A stretch of DNA of 64,000 nt from a virus (lineage: Duplodnaviria; Caudoviricetes): positions 24,790 through 88,789 of IMG/VR virus record IMGVR_UViG_3300031953_000003; one strand, given 5' to 3'. The position numbers and the translations under genes were made by a program. This document shows positions 58,601 through 64,000 of this stretch, piece by piece (the first letter of the stretch is position 1; each line of letters begins with the position of its first letter). Under the pieces are notes generated by a model, which made no database searches, had not been told where the DNA came from, and saw nothing but the letters and a program-made list of their open reading frames with translations.

Positions 58601-59420
58601 TAGTAAAATTAGATAAACTTGTAATATCTATTTGTTTTTCTGTTCCTTTATAATTAATTACATAACTTTCATAACCTTTTAAAGCTTCTCCATCTTTAGT
58701 TACTAGACCTATTTTTAACTTATCAAAATTAATATCTAAGTTTTTAAAAGTTAATCTTAATCCTTTTTTATCAACAGGATCAACAGAACTAGCTAAATAA
58801 GCTACAGCAGAAGTAGAAAAATAAGGACTTGTACTACCATCTACAAAAACATAACAATAAGTGACATAAGCAGCTAATCCTGCTATAGCACCTGAATCTA
58901 AGTAACTTAAATCTACATTAGCTTCTTTTACATTAGGAAATAACTTTAATTTATTAAACTCTCTAGCATTAACTAAACTTTTATTACTATCTAATTCAAT
59001 ACCTATATTGTTAATATTTACAATTTTAGGATTATTAGATTTATCAAATACCCCATCACAAAATGCAACAGTTAATTCTTTTTTAAAGTTGTATATAAAT
59101 ATACCCTCTATAGGACAAGAGATATTAAAATTGAATAAATTACTTTTAACTACAGTAGTATATTCAGCGATATTATTATTTCTATTTACTACACCTATTT
59201 CATCTATACTATCTTTATTCTTAATACAATAAACTATATCCGTATTGGTTACTATTCTACCTATAATTATACCGGGAACTAGATAATCGAATTTTAAACC
59301 ATCTTCATTAGCAATACTTCTAATACCCTTAGTAAGTACTATATTTTTAGCATTTTGCCAAGTACCTTGTGGGTTTTTGGTAAGTAGGGTATCTGTAACA
59401 AGACCTTTAAATTCTTCCAT
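55608..59420 (-). CDS. Tail stabilization/muzzle protein
   Basis: 1270 aa beta-rich; NAKNIV..NEDG N-terminus; Crassvirales synteny upstream of cargo genes. Confidence 0.75.
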   Translation of the reverse strand: MEEFKGLVTDTLLTKNPQGTWQNAKNIVLTKGIRSIANEDGLKFDYLVPGIIIGRIVTNTDIVYCIKNKDSIDEIGVVNRNNNIAEYTTVVKSNLFNFNISCPIEGIFIYNFKKELTVAFCDGVFDKSNNPKIVNINNIGIELDSNKSLVNAREFNKLKLFPNVKEANVDLSYLDSGAIAGLAAYVTYCYVFVDGSTSPYFSTSAVAYLASSVDPVDKKGLRLTFKNLDINFDKLKIGLVTKDGEALKGYESYVINYKGTEKQIDITSLSNFTITAPDAIILEKQTFEKIQSITKADDQIIVGRTKTKDVLQFQKYANLLKLRPVQYTDDNEQTPSLLPDEVYSIYIQPQWLDGSYTETAFHIPGDIADSKELQPLSNEEKQNYNLRWTDDLNVDIKRFHVFNTGETIYSDISPNAYMNKFGIWYNEEKYPDTDDYNSLIDYKGKPIITTPQDLRGTPVRYHRVPAIDKNVLFGNEDTYLNSNNLENKKFSKIGIQVANLNSVIPKEVKDKLQGYRILFVKRNGGNNYVAGNWIGTRLGELDWTQANVPITWKFYDFNVNELSDEYYTVKRLPGSNNNYVVPNEIDFDNMRVISNELFKFKPNLDITYIKNNYLFTVDENRGIKLPTNLNKFAKVKNNLKYVLSNNLAADTQYFENGIDLLLDTEDFNKMTLTGSSSTDAAYGRYYAMNMTAFAFKSNLYSGFKSNSLVVMGKINTANPVELIKGGDVFNNNVIDVNVHTAKQHTFDSNRDVIFQYATVIKAKGLFSPLNSSKLTNRLSDQEAEYTIGDNDRAYRIPGDYLNSRDYDLNTIDENDLNLINDINTVLSFDYNANYINDFPFRVNKGIKIPNESISSGSLRTFLTNSYYELPNDKGEIIAVRGISRKLFIQCRFTLFIAAIKDTLRTLNSDAYLGETDIFDRKPSEILDDDKGHVGSISKHSCTIIKGMYICINAPTGQIFIIVDSYKEISEQDNKNWFFNNWDIGLDYYRTENGERRRIDNPYCSIGYLVGFDREYDRLIFTKKMYNFKFKDLVGKGVYTFDGEFYYNKNKIIDFNNEQYFTNVSYTLSYDYRRNAWICPHDYFPNSLFYTPSDLYSFVNNLEKKEAMIYKHNDKSTKGLYYGKKFPSYVDLIFNQNLKVTKALHSVTWIIDTINKIGGNEQFNGITGIMVYNNNQCSGIINLRDEYETLTRNVHGEWNFNNFQDLVINPSDPILNKDGSVNQNNLNELKLWFERSDFISKFIVVRLIVDNIDNNEVYIHDVTTNSVINNR

Positions 59421-59436
59421 ATTAGTTTATATAAAC

Positions 59437-59470
59437 AAGTAAAGTATAAGGGCTAGCTTATACTTTACTT
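59437..59470 (-). terminator. Terminator downstream of the holin-like gene
   Basis: 14-bp perfect stem AAGTAAAGTATAAG/CTTATACTTTACTT with 6-nt loop, followed by GTTTAT on the minus strand. Confidence 0.7.
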
Positions 59471-59491
59471 TATTAATTAAAATACAAGTTA

Positions 59492-59821
59492 TTATTTAGA
59501 AATATTTGCTTCTGTTTCTGTAGGTTTAGGAGAAGTTTTAGCTACTTTTTTATCTGCTGATTTACTAGCAAATAGACCTAAACTTGCTATCATCCCATAT
59601 AGAGAAATAACTATTCCAAGATTATTACCATCTTTAGAAGCTTCGGCTGCACCATTAATACCTTCTTTAATAACTTCACTTGTTTCTAAAGGAATTACTC
59701 CAAAAGCTACTAAAGCTGTTAATAGTACCATTGCTAAAGCTGGTACACTTGTTTCCCAGTTAGCTGCCATTTCTTTTAGTTTTTCTCCAAAAGTCAATTT
59801 TTGTTCTTCTTGTTTTTGCAT
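59492..59821 (-). CDS. Holin-like two-TM protein
   Basis: 109 aa, two TM segments, charged C-terminus. Confidence 0.5.
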   Translation of the reverse strand: MQKQEEQKLTFGEKLKEMAANWETSVPALAMVLLTALVAFGVIPLETSEVIKEGINGAAEASKDGNNLGIVISLYGMIASLGLFASKSADKKVAKTSPKPTETEANISK

Positions 59822-59850
59822 GATTATTTATTTATTATTAATATTAATTT

Positions 59851-60663
59851 TTATACTGCTGGTGCAGTTTGTGGAGGAACATAACTACCTACTCTACCTA
59901 AATTCATATAGTTATTTATATTAGTTATTTCTGCTTCTGTAAGGTTTCCTTTAAATATAAGTAATTTTTCTATTAATCCTTTATATCTAAAGTTAGAAGT
60001 AGCACTTCCATTACCTTGTGCAAATAACCTAGTTTCTACATCTGATTCATAATATGTAGGAGAAGCTACAGAATCTATAATCACATTATCCCTTCTATAT
60101 TCTAAAAGAGAACTACTAGCTTTTAAATGAAAATTAGTAGGTGGTGCATCAGTTGTTTTATAATCTTTAATTGCAGCTATCTCATTTACATCTTTGCCAC
60201 CAACTTGAAAATATATACCATTATTTTTAACAACCATTAAATGGTTTCTTTGCGCATAGTCTGTACCTCCTTTTCCAATTATAGTACCATTATTATCTGT
60301 ATCATAAGATGCAATTCTTACAAATATACTAAATCCAGTAGTAGGATTTAAATTAAATGTAGGATCTGTACCTAATGTAAAAAACCCTGTACCATTTAAG
60401 TTTAGTACTCTACGATTATAATTATTTAAAGATAATTTAGCACTTGATATTGTAGAACTTGCTTGAATTGCTTTACCTCTAGCATCTTTTAACATGTCTA
60501 TAGGCGTTTCTACCGTTTCTACTAATGTATTATTATTATAAAAAGATCTATAGTCTATTAGATATATTAAATTAGCATTATCTTCTATTGTCTGTACATA
60601 AGAAGGTAACGGTGGAAGTGCTCCACCACTACTTCTTCTTAATCTTGTTACAAAATCTGGCAT
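59851..60663 (-). CDS. LamG/concanavalin A-like tail-associated protein
   Basis: LNLNGTGF, FSIFVRI, GTIIGKG, YKGLIEKLLIFKGNLTEAEI. Confidence 0.7.
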   Translation of the reverse strand: MPDFVTRLRRSSGGALPPLPSYVQTIEDNANLIYLIDYRSFYNNNTLVETVETPIDMLKDARGKAIQASSTISSAKLSLNNYNRRVLNLNGTGFFTLGTDPTFNLNPTTGFSIFVRIASYDTDNNGTIIGKGGTDYAQRNHLMVVKNNGIYFQVGGKDVNEIAAIKDYKTTDAPPTNFHLKASSSLLEYRRDNVIIDSVASPTYYESDVETRLFAQGNGSATSNFRYKGLIEKLLIFKGNLTEAEITNINNYMNLGRVGSYVPPQTAPAV

Positions 60664-60665
60664 AA

Positions 60666-63600
60666 TTATCGTTTTAGTAAATAAACATATATTTTTCCAT
60701 TCTCATTTTCAAGAGCCATATCCATTAATGTATTAGGTACAAATATATCAGGATTAACTATTGTTACTGTAACTGTATTACCTTTATTATCAACACCACC
60801 AGTTATATTAGGTATTTCTGTAGTATTAAATCTTACTTGTGCTTTACCGCTATTTCTAATACCTATAGCTTGATAGTTTATAGCAGTATTTACACCTGTA
60901 TATATAGTACCACCTGGACTACTCATTCTAATATTAGTACTAGTAGTAAGATAATAAGGTTTTCTAGTATCTATAAATATATCTCCTGTTCTTAATTTAG
61001 GTATAAGTACATCACTAGCAAAATCACAATTCTCAAAAGTAATTGTACTAGGGCCATTACTACCTATCCAGTAATTACTAGTATCAAGATTATCTCCTAC
61101 AGCAGTTGCACCATCATTTTTAAAGTAGCAGTTTTTAAATACTGTAGTACCTAAATGATTTAATTTAATATAATTTGATCTAGAACTTTGTTGAGGTGTA
61201 TAACTACCATTTATAATAAATTTACTATTATCAAATACAAAGTTTGTAAATTGTTTACTAGTTTGTATTTGTGTAGAATTAGTGTTAGCCCCCCAATTTA
61301 ATTCAGATGAATTTATTTCAAACTTAGAGTTTTTAACATATATAGTTTTAGCAGGGTTAGCTATAGAATCAACAGGAATTGTTTGTCTAAATCCATCATT
61401 TCTAAAAAATGCAAAAGGATAGTTTATATTATCAATATACTTATCTTCTTCTATCCCTTTTATAAAATATACTCCTGCATCTGAATATATATTTTGAAAT
61501 TTTTTAGTAAGTGCAGGTCTATTATAATTATCAGGATTATTTGATATTTCAGTTTTATCCTTTATATTAATTTCAAGACCATCTATAAAACCACCTAAGT
61601 TTCCAGAGTTATTTAATCCTATATCTTCTGAAAATCCAAAAGTAGAATTGAAACCTACATTAGTATCTACCACTTCAGCTAAATTAGATAATCTACTTAT
61701 ATCATTAATATATATTTTATTATCTATCCATTCAGCACCTAAAAACTGATCAGAAAATATATAACTTATAGGTCTATCTATTCTTAAAATATTATCTTTA
61801 ATTACATCAGGCGTTCTACCTCCACTAGTAAGAGCGTAAACTTTTATATTTGTATTATATAAATCATTATTACTTACTGTAGAAGCTTCACCAGAAGTAG
61901 TAATAAAAGTATTTCTCATTTTATTATTAGTAAATACATCATTTCTACCTAATGAAACACCGCTGTTATTAAATACATTATTTGATATAATAACATCTCT
62001 TCCTAATTCTGATCTGATACCTAAAGTACCACCCCAACCTACTCTATCTTTTTCTAAGAAAGTACAATTTACAATTTTAACATCTTGTGTACCTATAAAA
62101 ATTATATCTCCAACATAATTATTTTGAAAAGTCATACCATCTATAAGTACATGCCTTGATAACCTTCTCTTATCTTCAAAGTCAAAACCTGCACCCGGAC
62201 TTATATCTCCATTATTCATTACAGTTCCACCTCTAAAAGTAACCATATATTGTGGTGGATTAGAAAAACCTTGACGCCCATTAAATGTCCAATGACAATT
62301 GTTAAAAGTAACGTTCTGTGCTGCAAGATCAGGAAATACATTTAATTCTATTGTTGATATATCTTTTACATCAGGAAAAGAGAATTTTACTCTTTTTACA
62401 TCTTCTCTTAGTGTGTATTTATCATATAAATAAAGTCTTGGTGATCTGAATAAAAAATTATCAGCAGCATCGTAAAAATAAGCGTAATAATAATCTCTAG
62501 TAAGACCTGCCCATCCTTGAAAAGATGCATTACCTACAGTTATTTGTCTAAAACCAAACATATCATACTGTCTATCCCATATACCGCTACTAACACTAAC
62601 GGAAGATGCAGAACTTGCCCATGTAGTAGAAGCTGTTATAAGACCTGTACTTGAATCTAAAAGACCTCTTTCTGTTCCACTATCTTTAGTATTGGTAAAT
62701 GAAGAACCTGTTATTATACCTGAAATTTGAGCATCTCCTGTAGCTATTGCTCCATCACCGTGAAACTCTGTAACAGTTACATTATTTAATACAGCATTAG
62801 TTACACCAGAAGATATATTATATCCAGCAGGATACTCTGTTTGTTCTTGTGCTGTAAAATATTCTCCTATTAAAGTACCGCCGTTCCATGTAAATTTATC
62901 TGTATTGTATAGATAAAACATGTAAGCTTTTCTTTTTAATTGAACCTTTACAAAATTAATAGGAAAAGATTGAATTATCGCTCCTGTCATTTCATAAGTG
63001 ATACCATCTGTACCATTACCTACTACCCAACTTACAGGTTCTTGTCTATCAAATTCCTGTGGTTGTTCTACTTCTGTCATATAATGACCTTCTGGAAATA
63101 CTAATTTACCAGATTTTTTATTACGTAAAGCTATTGCAGTTTGTATTGCCCATTTATTATCAGTACCATAAAATACCCTCATATTAGTAAGAGGTAAAGG
63201 ATTAGTTGTTCCTCTTACAGCAGGGTTAGCTAAAGTTACCTGTGTTGGAGAAATTACAGCAGCTATTGTAGTTTTAAGACCTTTTCTATCTTTAGTAGAA
63301 TTGGCATTAGTTATAGCTATTTGTTGTCCTTGTCTACCTGTAAAATCTGCATCTGGTACAGTAAGTGTTGTTAAATTGGTCGTATTAATAGAACCTGTAC
63401 CAATAGTCTTAGATTCGTCTTGAATGATATGATCTATACCGTCAGCTACAGCACCTAAATTAGTTATAGAAAACTCTTGTGGTAAATTCCATGAGCCTGC
63501 TATTTTAGATTCTGCTTTTATTGCATCTAAAAATTTCTTATTATTAAAAAAGACTATACCTGTATTATTACCTGTTAAAGTAAAAGCATTTAAATTTATA

Positions 63601-64000
63601 CTACCTCCGCCATCATACAAAGTAATATTACTTGCTAAAGTTGTATTAGCAGTAAGAGTAAGATTTGTTTGAACTATAATTATTTTATTTGCATTAGCAG
63701 CAGAAGTTAAATCCGATACAGAAGTAGCTACTATAGAATTAATAAAAGTAGATGTACCTGTTCCACCACTACCTTGTATATAAGTACTTGAAGGTATTTT
63801 ACCTGTAGCGTCAGTTTTTACAAGTTGTGAATTTCCATTAAATGTATTACCCTGTACAGTAACAGTACTGGGTAATCTAGCTACATTTAATGTACCTGTA
63901 GCTAAAGCAGCAGCATCTGTAGTAGCACTAGCATCACTACCTGCTATACCAGTAGCACCAGTATCTCCTTTATCTCCTTTATCTCCTTTATCTCCTGTAT
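60666..64000 (-). CDS. Tail spike/fibre: collagen-like repeats plus right-handed beta-helix (depolymerase-like); 5' end outside the window
   Basis: Frame open from 63998 through the TTG at 63620; GDKGDKGDKGDTGATGIAG; GTDNKWAIQTAI, LVFPEGHY, HGDG, GFDFED. Confidence 0.85.
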   Translation of the reverse strand, partial: TGDKGDKGDKGDTGATGIAGSDASATTDAAALATGTLNVARLPSTVTVQGNTFNGNSQLVKTDATGKIPSSTYIQGSGGTGTSTFINSIVATSVSDLTSAANANKIIIVQTNLTLTANTTLASNITLYDGGGSINLNAFTLTGNNTGIVFFNNKKFLDAIKAESKIAGSWNLPQEFSITNLGAVADGIDHIIQDESKTIGTGSINTTNLTTLTVPDADFTGRQGQQIAITNANSTKDRKGLKTTIAAVISPTQVTLANPAVRGTTNPLPLTNMRVFYGTDNKWAIQTAIALRNKKSGKLVFPEGHYMTEVEQPQEFDRQEPVSWVVGNGTDGITYEMTGAIIQSFPINFVKVQLKRKAYMFYLYNTDKFTWNGGTLIGEYFTAQEQTEYPAGYNISSGVTNAVLNNVTVTEFHGDGAIATGDAQISGIITGSSFTNTKDSGTERGLLDSSTGLITASTTWASSASSVSVSSGIWDRQYDMFGFRQITVGNASFQGWAGLTRDYYYAYFYDAADNFLFRSPRLYLYDKYTLREDVKRVKFSFPDVKDISTIELNVFPDLAAQNVTFNNCHWTFNGRQGFSNPPQYMVTFRGGTVMNNGDISPGAGFDFEDKRRLSRHVLIDGMTFQNNYVGDIIFIGTQDVKIVNCTFLEKDRVGWGGTLGIRSELGRDVIISNNVFNNSGVSLGRNDVFTNNKMRNTFITTSGEASTVSNNDLYNTNIKVYALTSGGRTPDVIKDNILRIDRPISYIFSDQFLGAEWIDNKIYINDISRLSNLAEVVDTNVGFNSTFGFSEDIGLNNSGNLGGFIDGLEINIKDKTEISNNPDNYNRPALTKKFQNIYSDAGVYFIKGIEEDKYIDNINYPFAFFRNDGFRQTIPVDSIANPAKTIYVKNSKFEINSSELNWGANTNSTQIQTSKQFTNFVFDNSKFIINGSYTPQQSSRSNYIKLNHLGTTVFKNCYFKNDGATAVGDNLDTSNYWIGSNGPSTITFENCDFASDVLIPKLRTGDIFIDTRKPYYLTTSTNIRMSSPGGTIYTGVNTAINYQAIGIRNSGKAQVRFNTTEIPNITGGVDNKGNTVTVTIVNPDIFVPNTLMDMALENENGKIYVYLLKR
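63962..63997 (-). repeat. 9-bp tandem repeat encoding Gly-Asp-Lys collagen triplets
   Basis: TATCTCCTT x3 plus TATCTCCTG on the plus strand. Confidence 0.9.

Noticed and set aside
63618-63620. TTG start of the tail spike
   Set aside because: The frame continues without a stop to the window end
174-64000. Stop-codon reassignment or inteins as seen in some Crassvirales
   Set aside because: All long ORFs are intact in code 11, TAG and TGA end genes normally, and no intein splice motifs or large insertions were seen

Overview
AT-rich fragment of a crAss-like (Crassvirales-type) podophage genome, probably infecting a Bacteroidota/Flavobacteriia host: start codons sit in A/T-rich contexts with no Shine-Dalgarno, and TAnnTTTG promoters are present. 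The plus strand (174-35586) carries small early genes, many of them membrane proteins, a candidate origin-like non-coding tract, and a ~0.8 kb highly structured non-coding region. It then carries a replication/recombination/nucleotide module: RepL-like protein, SF1 and SF2 helicases, PolA, DnaB, RecT-like protein, SSB, primase, RusA-like nuclease, rIIA, amidoligase-like protein, ThyX, dNMP kinase, ATP-dependent ligase, a degenerate UDG, GroES-like protein, DUF932 and a MazG-like protein. A bidirectional terminator at ~35.6 kb separates this from the minus-strand late module. That module has a 5141-aa virion RNA polymerase polyprotein, two cargo/ejection proteins (one with an M15 peptidase), the muzzle, a holin-like protein, a LamG protein and a collagen/beta-helix tail spike truncated by the window end. 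The most notable observations are four. (1) A D-[ILF]-[DN]-L-A-P-[ST] motif recurs three times at linkers of the RNAP polyprotein and may mark processing sites. (2) A NADAR-like domain sits in the same injected protein and may counter DarT ADP-ribosylation. (3) There is a large ornate ncRNA candidate with a tRNA-elbow-like subdomain. (4) The UDG lacks its catalytic Asp. All family assignments come from motif recognition by eye; no database searches were run.
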